Shown here piece after piece: positions 42,545 through 53,906 of a DNA stretch of 64,000 nt. The stretch is from assembly GCA_000091205.1 (NCBI GenBank), contig AP006500.2; one strand, given 5' to 3'. Numbering within the stretch: position 1 is the first letter of the stretch; each line of letters begins with the position of its first letter. Source of the stretch: Cyanidioschyzon merolae. Taxonomy: Eukaryota. A model generated the notes under the pieces. That model was not told where the DNA came from. It worked only from the letters and a program-made list of their open reading frames with translations, and did not search any database. Position numbers and translations under genes: made by a program.

Positions 42545-43793
42545 TTTCCGCTCTCTCATCTCAGGCTTTAAAATGACGCCGGTCAATCCTGCCTACCCAG
42601 TTCCGTTGTCAACGGGCGACGGACGTTGATGGCAGCGTTAGCGTCCCGATGTCGACACGTCTGGCCGTTGCAGACGCTGTTCGTTCATGGGCAGAAGTTG
42701 CGATCCACGCTTCAGGTGTTCTCTCTGTCTAGTTTGGACGCGGGCGCTGGACGCCGTTCCGCGCGTTGACCCTTGACAGTGGTCAGGTGTTCCGAGACAC
42801 CCACTACACCTCGCAGCGTTAACCTGTGGCGGGTGGACGCTTGCTTCACCGCTCGGTGCCTGGCCTTGACGGGTACAGAAGGCGCCAGTGGGTGCTCTCG
42901 TACGTTTCCGCACCTGGCGCTATGCCTCGCGATCACCTGCTTCGCCTGGGCGACTCCCTAGGCGGGAGCGCTGTCTGCTGCACACGCAGGCGCACTGTGG
43001 CGCACTCCATGGAGGATTTGTGGAACGCGATATTGTCCACGATGAGAAGAGCACCGGGAGCTCCATCCAGGGCGCCGAGCGAGCTGAGCGATGTCCATCG
43101 GTGAACGCTGACGCCGTGTAAAGCGCTGGTACGCGCTCCACCGGAGACGGTCGCTGCGATGACCTCTGGCCGAGGTCAGGACATTTTTCCGTGCAACCGG
43201 AAAAGACTGGAGCTTTCGGGAATACATGCCCTGAAGGGTCTCGTGCTCGCGTCGAATGCCATGTCTTTGGCGGTTCCAAATAGAGGCTGATTTGGCTTTC
43301 GAACGGAATCGATTGTATGATGACCAGAGGTCAGTGATTTTCTGACCCGAGCCCGTGAGCGAGCCGTCAAGCGACGTCATCGTGTTAGCCTTGTCTGTGT
43401 AGACGATGTTGCCCGTTGCTGAGCGCCGACTCTGCTACGAAACAGAGTGCTCGAGAACGCGAAGAATGCGCGATTGAGGCATCCGCTAGACGCTGGGAAG
43501 GGAGAAGCGTGGATGCTCATCCGAATGACAGGGAAATTGAAGTGTAATACTCTGCGAAGCCTTATTCGATAGCAACGCGAATCATGTTGATTCCGGTGAC
43601 GGACCCGCTTCCGTCTGGGAAGCGTTGTGGTGTTCATTCCGTAAGGACAACCGCAAATCGTAAAACTGTTTACGAATCCATACATCCTTATTGCTGGACT
43701 CTGATTATCCAGGCTGCACATCAGAAAAACAGCCTCGGAAGACCCCAATGGCAGAAACTGGGCGAGCAACTCCCTTTTCCTTTCTAGTCTGAC
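42545..43793 (-). repeat. Dispersed repeat copy C (about 1.25 kb). It lacks the first ~125 bp present in B.
   Basis: It is near-identical to 37447..38695. A single coding-frame difference was seen (SATQCAC in A and B versus SAPQCAC here). Confidence 0.9.
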
Positions 43794-43886
43794 GTAGCTT
43801 TCACAAAATCGCATCTCGTTTGACTTTGACGATCCGGATCCGGCTTGGGGCTCCTCGCAGCACCCGTCTGTTCTCCGCTCGAGCGT

Positions 43887-44750
43887 ATGAAAGCACCACA
43901 GTACACCTTATGCGCATGTGTCGATCAAGAGGAGCTCCAGAAGCGCATGAGTCTCGAACCGGAGCGACACGTCGAAGTGTGGGTGATCCAGGCGATCCCG
44001 CGTCACGCGGAACAACTGCTGCGGTACCTGTCGAGTTCGGTGCCGCTTGGTCGAGAGCTCGCCCATTTGAAGCGTGGACACCGGGATAGCACCGGTGCCG
44101 TCAACGTACTGCTTGCACTCGTCTCCGCGGACGATCCGGAAGTTCCCAACCGAAACGCGCACGCCGTACTAGAGCGACTCGGTGTGGCACGCGAGTGGGT
44201 ACATACCGCCACGCTTCGCCGGTGTGTTGTGCCCGCAGTGGCGCCTCGAACTGGACTACAGAGTCAGCACTGGTCGCGAACGCTCTGGCCTGTTATATAC
44301 AGGCCAGAGGCTCCGGAACCACCGATACTCGCTGAGACCGAGGTCGGCACGGCGCTGGAGCTCCTCGAACGTCTCGAGCACGAGACGCAGGGCACCGACG
44401 TTAACGCCGCTCTTGTTGTGCGTTGGCCGCTACCCAGCGCACCTGCACAGGTGATCTGCAGTGTCCAGGGTCCGCATGCGCCACTCAGGTGCATCGACGA
44501 AGCGTCCCGCATTTTCCGCGACCGAGACAACGGCGAGGAGCATCCGCATTATATGCTCACTGGTTTGGACCTCTTCACAGTTCGGGAGCCGTGTGTTTGC
44601 TGTGCAATGGCGGCGACGCATTCTCGCATTCGTCGCCTGTTCTTTATTCACCCGGACGCGAGCTTCGGTGGGATCCTTCGGGTCGGCGTGCATCGACTCA
44701 AGGCCCTTAATCATCGGTACGAGGCGTATCAGCGCCAGCTCGCCTCTTAG
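43887..44750 (+). CDS. ADAT3: tRNA-specific adenosine-34 deaminase subunit ADAT3/Tad3-like (catalytically inactive deaminase partner)
   Basis: The first ATG is at 43887 (track start is TTG). The C-terminus 'HYMLTGLDLFTVREPCVCCAMAATHSRIRRLFFIHPDASFGGILRVGVHRLKALNHRY' aligns with human ADAT3 '[57 protein letters not shown]', the PCxxC zinc motif. Confidence 0.75.
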   Translation: MKAPQYTLCACVDQEELQKRMSLEPERHVEVWVIQAIPRHAEQLLRYLSSSVPLGRELAHLKRGHRDSTGAVNVLLALVSADDPEVPNRNAHAVLERLGVAREWVHTATLRRCVVPAVAPRTGLQSQHWSRTLWPVIYRPEAPEPPILAETEVGTALELLERLEHETQGTDVNAALVVRWPLPSAPAQVICSVQGPHAPLRCIDEASRIFRDRDNGEEHPHYMLTGLDLFTVREPCVCCAMAATHSRIRRLFFIHPDASFGGILRVGVHRLKALNHRYEAYQRQLAS

Positions 44751-46068
44751 CGAACAAGTGGCGTGCGTGTGTGTTTCGCGCGCTTCCCCCGTACAGGAGC
44801 GGACGCTGAACGCATGTATCCGATTCAGCAATACGGGGGCTAAGAGAGATTCATGGGAGTATGGAGCACGTCAACGGAAGCTTTCGTCGGGTCCGCATTG
44901 GCGACATCAGCACAGTTTCGGAGTCGTGGTTCAGGCATCAGCCCTGCGCCTGCGAACTGGGACCTAGGTACCCGCACGATAATGCCGTAGCGCTGGGGGT
45001 GCATCGACTGGCACGAAACCGCGTGATCCGGATGCGGTGTGGTCGGGCGCTACGTTCGCAAACGCATGCTCGTCGGTGACATCCTGTGGGCGGCATGACG
45101 CTATGCTGGGGCAGTCTCGCTTTTTTTTGTCTCGGATTTCGGAAGCATCCGACGAGACCGTCAGTGTATTCAGATTCGGCGTGTCAAATTGAAAGCGCTG
45201 GGGATGTGACGTACAAGGCGCTAGAGGTTTTGGAGCGCCACTATGTAACCGGACTCGACATACGAACTGACTGAGCGACACACCTGTAGAGCACGACGCT
45301 ATAGGGCCCTCGCTGCCCGGAGGGCACGAAAATACAGAGAGGATGCTGCTCGGTGGAGCGCGTGGATAGCGCACGCAGAGGTCTTGACGGGCGCGCGCTG
45401 CTCGAGGGCCATCACGCCGGACACGTGTCCATCCCAAGATGCTTGCGTGCACGCACACGCGATGCATCGCAATTTTCGCGATCATTCACAGGCGAGGAAT
45501 GCTCCTGACAGGCCGCTTGTCGAGTTACACCCGGAAACTACCAAAAGAATGAAAGCGTGCTCTGGGTTGCGGATTTGCATGCGCACTGCTGCCGGAAGCG
45601 AGCAATTCACTCAATGTCCGCAGTCACTCTGCGTGGTGCTAGCGATTCTTTAGGTCAATTAGAATTGAAAGAGGTTTCCGAGCAGCTTCCAGAGAAGGAC
45701 GCTGCGAAAGCATCCCCTATCGAAGAGATTTCATGCAAGCGCAGGTTGCTGCTGCTGAAAATTGGATAACGCAGCTGGTGTCGATGTCTCACCATGATGC
45801 TGGCGAGTCAACGAATGCGCTGCATCCGTCAGCTCGGAAGTGCCATCGCGACACACCGCTACCGCGGTATCACCCCGTGAGCAGCGCATGTTGCTTGCGC
45901 ACCGGATATGGAGCGCTGAATGCCTCCTACGTGCACGCTATTCAGTGCGTGCGGATACACATGATACTCAGGATCGGCTGCTTCCGTGATCTCGATCTGC
46001 CATCTCCAAGTTGGCCATTTTGCTTCGCGCACAAATCGCTTATCATGATCATTCGTCAGTTTGCTCCG

Positions 46069-47184
46069 CTACTTCTCCCACTCGAGGACGACCTTGCCGG
46101 CAGTTCCGCTGCCTGCGACTTTGAACGCTTCCTCGTACTCGTGCGCCGGAAAGCGATGCGTCAGCACCGGTTGGATGCGTTCCATGAGGCCGCCCACCAG
46201 CATGTTGATCATCCGGTACCAGGTCTCAAACATCTCGCGCCCGTAAATTCCCTTAATGGAGAGCCCCTTGAAAACAACGTCATCCCAATTAATGGGAAAA
46301 GACTCACTCGGTATCCCGAGGAGTGCAATACGACCTCCGTGATTCATCGTCGCCAGCATGCTCCGGAAAGCAGACGGCACCCCGCTCATCTCGAGACCTA
46401 CATCGAAACCTTCGGTCATACCTAGCTGTTTCATCGCATCGCGAAGCAGATGCTCCGTATGCTTGGAGTCATCTTCCATGCCTAGACCAGTAGCCGGCTT
46501 GCCCTGGCTCGTATTGATCGCCAGCGTCGCACCGCATTTTTGCGCTAGTGAGAGGCGCTCATCACGTACGTCTGTTACGACGATGTGCCGTGCCCCGACG
46601 TGGCGGCAGATTCCGGCTGCCATCATCCCTATGGGTCCAGCGCCCGTAATCAAAACATCCTCTCCAACCAGGTCATTCGCCAGTGCCGTATGTACAGCGT
46701 TTCCCAACGGGTCCATGACAGCACCCCAGATATCCGGGATACGGTCAGGTAGTCGGACAACATTCCGCGCTGGCACTGCAACATAATCTGCAAATGCGCC
46801 GTCACGATTCACGCCTACGCCGAGCGTATTTCGGCAGAGGTGTTGGCGACCCGCTCGGCAGTTTCGGCAGAAGCCACAGGTCACGTGACCTTCTCCAGTG
46901 ACCCGGTCGCCAACGCGCAGCGGTACTTTTTGTGCCACTTGATCACCGAGCGCAGCGACACGCCCGACGTACTCGTGACCCACAACGAGAGGAATTGGAA
47001 TCGTTCGCTGTGCCCAAGCGTCATACTTGTAGATGTGAAGGTCCGTCCCGCAGATTGAGGCGTGCGTCACGCGAATGAGCACGTCATTGGGACCAACAGG
47101 CGGGACTGGTTGATTCTCAACCCACTCAAGACCGGCCTTTGGAGCCTTTTTCACCAGCGCTCGCATAAACCTTCCGACAGACAT
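46069..47184 (-). CDS. TDH: L-threonine 3-dehydrogenase (zinc-dependent MDR family)
   Basis: The ATG at 47182-47184 was verified. It is collinear with E. coli Tdh over almost the full length, for example '[31 protein letters not shown]', '[41 protein letters not shown]', '[17 protein letters not shown]', '[14 protein letters not shown]' and '[10 protein letters not shown]'. Confidence 0.92.
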   Translation of the reverse strand: MSVGRFMRALVKKAPKAGLEWVENQPVPPVGPNDVLIRVTHASICGTDLHIYKYDAWAQRTIPIPLVVGHEYVGRVAALGDQVAQKVPLRVGDRVTGEGHVTCGFCRNCRAGRQHLCRNTLGVGVNRDGAFADYVAVPARNVVRLPDRIPDIWGAVMDPLGNAVHTALANDLVGEDVLITGAGPIGMMAAGICRHVGARHIVVTDVRDERLSLAQKCGATLAINTSQGKPATGLGMEDDSKHTEHLLRDAMKQLGMTEGFDVGLEMSGVPSAFRSMLATMNHGGRIALLGIPSESFPINWDDVVFKGLSIKGIYGREMFETWYRMINMLVGGLMERIQPVLTHRFPAHEYEEAFKVAGSGTAGKVVLEWEK

Positions 47185-47350
47185 GAATGAAAGCTCTTTT
47201 TGGACGCTGCAAACAACCTAAAACTAGTCGATAGACGACGCGTACGAGGTCTGTATCGCACACGCGCGATGATCGCTCCAGCAACTGCGCTCGACACGGG
47301 TGCTTTGCCGATCGCCGGCGTCGGCGTCGAACACGCACCTCTTATGAAAA

Positions 47351-47399
47351 GCGGCGGCATCGGCGGCATCGGCGGCATCGGCGGCATCGGCGGCATCGA
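47351..47399. repeat. 9-bp microsatellite (GGCGGCATC) of about 5 units
   Basis: 'gcggcggcatcggcggcatcggcggcatc...' was read directly. It lies in the intergenic region upstream of TDH. Confidence 0.9.
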
Positions 47400-48380
47400 T
47401 GATCGATTGCAAGCCGCTTGAGCACATGTGCGTTTCGCCCAGAATCAGATACGCCGCTGCGCGTTCCTGCATGGACGTTGCAATTGCACGCACTTTCCCG
47501 TGACCTCCATGTCGTATTCGTGCTGCACGACGTCTGCGGTGAGCCCAGCACTAGGATGTTGCTGGATGTGGCATCTATTCAACAAGACGGCTTCGTTGTG
47601 GGATCGGTGATTCTGTGAGGCACTCGCGAGATGCAGCGGATGTCTACTTCCACGGCTACCGACAGCGTATGCGCGCATACGGTGGTTGCTGGTTGGATGC
47701 ATCGATCATGCAGTGCAAAGGTGCGTGCCGCTTCGGGGTGACGTGCTTGCGAGCACCTAGTCGTCTCTCTCTGGACCATATCTCACTAGAGAGAACAGGA
47801 AAGAGGCATAGACAATGATTCTGCAAGGCACCAGGCGAACGCCGTGCAGTACTCGAGCACAGAACGCCATGAATCGAAAGCCTGTTGCCGCGATGCAGAA
47901 GCGTGCGTCGCATTCGCGATCGCCCGCTGTCGCTGATGCGTCACAAGCTATCCGATGTCGTGTGCGACAACAAGGCACGTGCGGTGCGAGTAGCGCCGAG
48001 GATCCTGTAGCCGGCCGCGTCAGCACCGTATGGCAGAGAGGCGGCAGCGCTTTCAGCGCCATAGCCTCTGCCCATGGCAACCGCAGCAGCGGAAGATCGT
48101 CAGAGATAATAGACATCCCATTTTCCAATATGAAGACCAACCTGGTGCCTCTGGGCCAACAAAGGGCCCGGAGCGTAATCGTCATCGCTTCTCGAGTTGC
48201 TGATATTCATCTCGCGTACCAGGCATGGTGGTACGCATGATCGCTCAAACGCCGCAGGAAACGATGCCCTGGTAGCGATCATGCGACGCGCACGCGTCCT
48301 CGAGCAGAGCACATCCTCCGCTTTATCGAGTTGGTGCATACTGCTCGTGTCCAGTACGTCTTCTTTTTTCGCAAAAAACC

Positions 48381-49490
48381 ATGTTTGTGCACGGGAAAGC
48401 ACTGAATGCAGTGAGTGTGCGACAAAACGGGCGAGTTGTATGTCTAGCTGAGCGGCCGCGAGGTTCCGGCGGAACGGCTCGCATCAAGCCCGCTTGGGCT
48501 GGCACCGACGAGTTGCTGTCGAAGCTCACGAACTTGCTCATTCAGACACCGTGGGTGTATCGCATTCTGAAGAAGCAAGCAAAAGCGGTTATGGTACGGA
48601 CAGCAGCGTCGCGTGGCATTGACTGGAGCGGTTGTGCTGCTGCTTTAGAAGAAGCGGGTGTTTCAAAGTACTTTGCACCGCGCACAGACCTGGTGTACCC
48701 CGCATACTACACCAAGCCGTTTCATGCGTACGATGAGGGAAACTTGTGCTGGCTGGCCGCGTATGAGGTAGAGCCGGCAACCTACGCCATGGCGCTTCGC
48801 GTATGGCCCCAGGAGCGGGAGCTTTCCTGGCGAGACGCCCAGCGACGTCTGCGTCACTGCTTTCTTGACCAGGTCACGCGCTTCATGGCGGACCCCGGAG
48901 ACTTGCGAATCGACCGTGTGCGTTTCACGCTGGATGTTGGCTGTGGCGCTGGAATCAGCACACGCTTCCTCGCAGAGTACCTGGCGCGCAACATACCCCG
49001 AGACGACGCTTTGCGCGTGCTCGGTATCGACCCGTCACCGTATTTCCTGGCCGTGGCCAACTTGCGGAACGAAAAGGCGAACGCGCTAGATGTGCAGAGA
49101 CTTCCGCCAAACGTTCGCATTGAATACCAGCAAGCATTGGGCGAATCGCTGCCGCTTGCTGACAGTGTCGTGGACCTGGTTACACTACAGTTCGTCCTGC
49201 ACGAGTTGCCGCGAGATGCAGCCGAGTCTGTCTTTCGTGAGCTTGTGCGAGTCACTCGAGACCGTGGCTGCATCGCAATGGTGGACAACAACCCGCGCTC
49301 GCCCGTCATCCAAAACTTGCCGCCGGCGCTCTTCACGCTTATGAAATCAACGGAGCCGCATTCCGACGATTACTACACTTTTGACGTGGAAGCATGTTTG
49401 CGCCAGATTCCCGGGATCGAACGGGTTCAGGTGACGGCATGCGATCCTCGCCATCGTGCCATCCTTTGCCGTGTTCGTAAATCTACGTAG
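48381..49490 (+). CDS. Class I SAM-dependent methyltransferase (Methyltransf_11/25-like)
   Basis: Motif I 'LDVGCGAGISTRFLAE', the post-I acidic 'VLGIDPSPYFL' and motif II/III-like 'VDLVTLQFVLHELP' are present. The N-terminal region 'YYTKPFHAYDEGNLCWLAAYEVEPAT' is conserved. My own indexing of this start was inconsistent by about 1 nt, so I kept the track coordinates. Confidence 0.6.
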   Translation: MFVHGKALNAVSVRQNGRVVCLAERPRGSGGTARIKPAWAGTDELLSKLTNLLIQTPWVYRILKKQAKAVMVRTAASRGIDWSGCAAALEEAGVSKYFAPRTDLVYPAYYTKPFHAYDEGNLCWLAAYEVEPATYAMALRVWPQERELSWRDAQRRLRHCFLDQVTRFMADPGDLRIDRVRFTLDVGCGAGISTRFLAEYLARNIPRDDALRVLGIDPSPYFLAVANLRNEKANALDVQRLPPNVRIEYQQALGESLPLADSVVDLVTLQFVLHELPRDAAESVFRELVRVTRDRGCIAMVDNNPRSPVIQNLPPALFTLMKSTEPHSDDYYTFDVEACLRQIPGIERVQVTACDPRHRAILCRVRKST

Positions 49491-50539
49491 CGAGTTTCTC
49501 ACTGGTTCAGGTGACTTGATCGTACACGAGACTTGCACCAAGACTAGCCCAGCGCCCGCTGGGCGAAGCCTAGATATACCAAGGGAGCTAGAGACGACGC
49601 ACCCAAGTCGCACACGCCCCCAGAGCCTGCACGCGCCTGAGATACGGGCGAAAGAGCGTCCGTCCGCGAGCGCGAGTGTCCCAGTGAATGCCAACTCGTT
49701 TTCCGAGCAGACCCCCGAGACGCCACGACGCCCGGCGATATTGCCGTCGTTTGGAATACGAGCGGAGCAAGAACCCTGAGCAGTATCTCATGGCAAAGCG
49801 GAAACATCCAGCGCTGTGGCGCGGGAGGCCCTTGTCGAAGCGTATGCAACGGCTCGCCCGTCAGCTTGTAAACGGTCGGATCATGATGGATGCGCCCATC
49901 AACGTTGCTCAGGAGGCGGCGTTTCCCTCGTTAAATAGCGCTTTTGACGATCAGCGCGTTGTGTTACAGTCTTGGGCAAAGCACCGTTTATCGAATAGAA
50001 AACCGATCCTCACTAGAACTCGCACTGATCCCATGTGCCTGCTGCGAACATTTCTCGTCAACACACCCAAACTCATGGCGCGACTCGTAGACGACTGCGC
50101 GGATACCCAAGCGAAGCGGGCGCATGGGCATCCCAGAACTAACCGAGGGTAAACCCTCCGGCGTTGGCAACAACCGGTTTCGGCTCCTGCAGAGGTGTCG
50201 TATCTGCGCTCTAGGCCCTCGCTGCGCAAGCGCTAGCCGCTACCGACGACAAACCGAGTTATATCGCGGAGCACAGGTCGCCCAGCCTCTAAGAAGGGCT
50301 CTGTGCTCGGACCTCGATAGATCGGTGCTCGCCGCACATTTGCGGCTGCCTCCGAAGCAGTACTGTTCTGGGCGGATGGTCTATTCGATCCTGTTCCTGT
50401 CAAAGATCCAGACCGCTGCATAGCGTGCTTCACTACCCTAGCTGCAACCGAGTGTTGCAAGGCAAACGCGAAAGCGCTTTGATAGCACCGGGGTGTGGTG
50501 CAGCGGTGTCCCCAGCTGAGGTTGAAGGGAAAGCGCGCG

Positions 50540-50890
50540 CTCTCGTCCATGTGCCGCTGGGCTTACGGATTACAGACGCCGCGATCGACCTCGACAGACT
50601 GTGCATGTGCCGCTGGGCTTACGGATTTCGCGCGTAGCGATCGTCCACTGGAGGCACTGCTGCGATTACGGATTTCGCGCGTAGCGATCGTCCACTGGAG
50701 GCACTGCTGCGATTACGGATTTCGCGCGTAGCGATCGTCCACTGGAGGCACTGCTGCGATTACGGATTTCGCACGTAGCGATCGTCCACTGGAGGCACCG
50801 CTGCGATTACGGATTTCGAGCGTAGCGATCGCCAGCTGGAGGCACCGCTGCGATTACGGATTTCGCGCGTAGCGATCGCCAGCTGGAGGC
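50540..50890. repeat. 47-bp minisatellite of about 7 units ('attacggatttcgcgcgtagcgatcgtccactggaggcactgctgcg'), with a degenerate leading copy
   Basis: The periodicity was verified at 50641, 50688 and 50735. Confidence 0.9.
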
Positions 50891-51028
50891 GCTCAGGTAC
50901 CGCCGCGCCGCCGCCGCCGCTTCCACAGAACCTGACAAGCGCTGCTTCTAAACTGGAGCCGTTCTCTGCGCTCTGGGGCGGTACACGCCCGCGCCAGCGC
51001 TCTTCTATCTTCTGTACAGCACCAGATC

Positions 51029-52702
51029 ATGTACATCACACTGGGTACTTTTATAACCCCGAACGCGCTGTTCGTTCCGAAAGCCTCATTCGAGGCACAG
51101 GCGTTTGCGCGGGGGCGACTTGACGGGCGCTGGCACCCGGCGGTCACTCGGATTGCGCTGCGGGGGAACAGAGCATTGCGCCAGCAACAAGTTGCAAGAC
51201 GAAGCGCAAGCCGCTGGTTCATGGGCTTCCACGACGAGTGCGGGGTTGTCGGTGTTATGACACCGCTGCACAAACCGGCGTCGGACGTGCCCGCACGCTT
51301 GGCCTACTTTGCGTTGCACGCTCTGCAGCACCGCGGACAGGAAGGTGCCGGGATTGTACTATGGGAACCCGATTCCTCGGACGCTCAAGTCAGTACCAAA
51401 GGTCAGTTGCGTGAGATCAAAGGCCTCGGGCTGGTCTCCGAGGTATTCACGGACGCGATTTTGGGGGCGAGTCGGGCGGTTGCAGCGCTTGGACACGTCC
51501 GCTACTCCACGGCCGGCGAGAAAAACATTCGAAATGTGCAACCGTTCACTGTGAAGATGCGGCACGGTCAGATAGCGATCGCTCACAACGGCAACTTAAC
51601 AAACGCTGAAGCGCTGAAGCGAGAACTCGAGGCGCGGGGCACCATTTTCAATACATCGTCGGACACGGAAGTTATTCTGCATTTGATGGCACAGTCGGTT
51701 CAAGGAGGATCCGCTGATGCGCGTACACGCCTAACCGACGCGCTCGGTCGTGTTGACGGTGCTTACTCGCTGTGCGTCCTCACGGCAGGACAACTTATTG
51801 CTGTGCGGGATCCGCGGGGATTCCGTCCCTTGATGCTTGGTCGAATATCGGAAACTTCGCCAGCCACTACGACTGGATCACCCCCGGACGCCTCGATGAC
51901 GACGTGGATCATCTGCAGCGAGTCGTGTGCCTTGGACATGGTTGGTGCAGAGACCGTCCGTGAGATTGAACCGGGCGAGCTGGTGGTTATCGATCGCGCC
52001 AGCGGAAACCTCCAGTCGTTCTTCCCGTTTCCACGGCAGCAACGTCGCGCTTGCATTTTCGAGCACATCTATTTCAGTAAGGTCACATCGAATGTGTTCG
52101 GCCGATCGGTGTACCTCTCGCGGTTTCGATTTGGAGAGTTGTTAGCACAAGCAGCACCAGTCGAAAAGGGGGCCGACTACGTCGTTCCAGTGCCGGACAG
52201 CGGCATTGCTGCCGCCCTCGGATTTAGCGCTGCGAGCGGGATTCCCTTCCAGATGGGCATTTCGAGGAGCCATTATGTTGGTCGAACCTTTATCCAACCT
52301 ACCCAGGAGATTCGCAATGCAGGTGTCATGTTGAAGCTAACGGCTGTCCGTAGCCTGATTGAGGGCAAGCGCGTCGTTGTTGTGGACGACTCGATCGTGC
52401 GCGGCACCACGAGTCGCAAGATTGTACACATGTTGCGCGAGGCTGGCGCTAGCGAGATCCATTTGCGCATCGCTTGCCCGCCAATTATAGGCAGCTGCTA
52501 CTACGGGGTCGATACACCGAATCGCGAGGAACTGCTCTCGTGGCGCATTCCAGACTCACATAAGGCTTGCGAGTGGATTGGAGCGGACTCTTTGGGATTT
52601 TTGTCCCTCGAGTCGCTTAGATCCTTCCTGGCTGATGAGAGCGGGGACTATTGTTACGGCTGTTTCAATGGCCAGTATCCAGTTCTTCCGGTCGATGCCT
52701 GA
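51029..52702 (+). CDS. purF: Amidophosphoribosyltransferase (glutamine PRPP amidotransferase, PurF/Ade4) with a 64-aa N-terminal extension before the catalytic Cys
   Basis: The ATG at 51029 was verified, and there is a second in-frame ATG at 51221 (MGFHDE-C). 'CGVVGV' is the Ntn-hydrolase cysteine. 'GHVRYSTAG', 'IAHNGNL', the PRPP-binding 'VVVDDSIVRGTT' and the C-terminal Cys cluster 'CYGCFNGQYPV' (4Fe-4S type) are present. Confidence 0.9.
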   Translation: MYITLGTFITPNALFVPKASFEAQAFARGRLDGRWHPAVTRIALRGNRALRQQQVARRSASRWFMGFHDECGVVGVMTPLHKPASDVPARLAYFALHALQHRGQEGAGIVLWEPDSSDAQVSTKGQLREIKGLGLVSEVFTDAILGASRAVAALGHVRYSTAGEKNIRNVQPFTVKMRHGQIAIAHNGNLTNAEALKRELEARGTIFNTSSDTEVILHLMAQSVQGGSADARTRLTDALGRVDGAYSLCVLTAGQLIAVRDPRGFRPLMLGRISETSPATTTGSPPDASMTTWIICSESCALDMVGAETVREIEPGELVVIDRASGNLQSFFPFPRQQRRACIFEHIYFSKVTSNVFGRSVYLSRFRFGELLAQAAPVEKGADYVVPVPDSGIAAALGFSAASGIPFQMGISRSHYVGRTFIQPTQEIRNAGVMLKLTAVRSLIEGKRVVVVDDSIVRGTTSRKIVHMLREAGASEIHLRIACPPIIGSCYYGVDTPNREELLSWRIPDSHKACEWIGADSLGFLSLESLRSFLADESGDYCYGCFNGQYPVLPVDA

Positions 52703-53889
52703 GATGAAGGAAGCCTTTCGAGGCGAACGTGTAGCATGGACGCAATCGCTTGTGTGTCCGTTGTGTCGCGATACCTTGGTATGACCAGATTCGAAACTGG
52801 CGAGTGCTTGTTTCCAGCTGTGTCGAAGTGACGCACGTAGATGCATTCGCCCGGAAGCGTGCGTCTTGCCAGGAGCCAGCGGACAGCTCGCCGTTCCGAC
52901 GTCGTCTTTTCGTCTCTGGACTGGCACGGCTACGGACCTCGGCGTGTCCATGGGCGTGGCATCGTGCGCATGTATACATCGCCGTTGCGCCTTCGGCTCA
53001 GCGCTGTCTCCAGTTATACACCATGCGCGCTGCCAAAGGCATCAGGATTGTTTTCGAGCGATTTCGCGGGGAAACAACCCAGAGAGCCCATGCGTCGCGA
53101 CTTTGGGGAGCGGTTTAGATTGGCTCAGGAATGTAAAGGGTACGCTAAACCGCACCAAAAAGCCAGGTTGTTCGCGAGGCATGCGAGCAGGCGGTGTACC
53201 CCCGAGAAAGCCGACGATTGGACGGTTTATGTATGTGCGAGCACGCTACGCTGCACCCGCAACACCGCGATTCGAGACGCCTCCGCCATTGTGCAGCAAG
53301 CAGACAGTGCCTTGTGGCAGTTCGGAGCAGCTGCAGGTGCCGGGGCACAGCATTGCGCGGCAGACTCTGGGCATAGATGACGGTGGACGCACAGAGGCTG
53401 CAACCGTGGCCTGCTGCGCAATACCTGCAGCAATGATGGGGTGCTGGACGCTACGTTGGCATCGCGAGTTCTGGTGTCTACCACGACACACAGGAGGATG
53501 CCTCTCTGGAACGCAGCTGTTTAGAGTAGGTTGTCCAGTGCGTTCGTTGCTCCGAGAAACGCGGTTACAAGTAAATGAAATTCCCGTATGGTACCGGAAC
53601 TGGCCTTGGAGCTGTCGGAGCAGAGACTGCAACCGACACTCGCCTCTGTGAGCGGTCTGCGAGCCAGCGCCCAAGCACACCTGGAAGGAGTTGCGTCGTC
53701 TTGCCTCCGGGTTCCTGGACAGAAACGTTCACGAGCACGAGTGTACCCTGTCGCGGTGGGCACGGCAGTGCGCCGGCGCACCTGTCCAGCGAACAGTTGC
53801 GCGTGAGCCTGTCGAGCGTGCGCCCGCACCAGTGCCTGTCCGACTGGGAGCACGGCTCGCTGAACGGCGTGCCTACGCTTCACGTGTGC

Positions 53890-53906
53890 CCTCAAAAACA
53901 AAAGCT
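53890..53906 (-). terminator. Oligo-T RNA polymerase III terminator immediately 3' of the tRNA-Gly
   Basis: The minus strand reads 'aagcttttgtttttgaggg' directly after the discriminator base. Confidence 0.7.

Noticed and set aside
45733-46425. 230-aa plus-strand ORF overlapping the 3' half of the threonine dehydrogenase gene
   Set aside because: It is antisense to a near-full-length, highly conserved TDH CDS. It has no motifs.
52775-52845. 'gaccagattcgaaactggcg' T-loop-like palindrome that might have been a second tRNA
   Set aside because: No complementary acceptor stem or anticodon arm could be built on either strand.
52866-53651. 261-aa and 179-aa plus-strand ORFs downstream of PurF
   Set aside because: They are Arg/Cys/Ala-rich low-complexity translations of GC-rich intergenic DNA. 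They overlap each other in different frames and have no recognisable domains.
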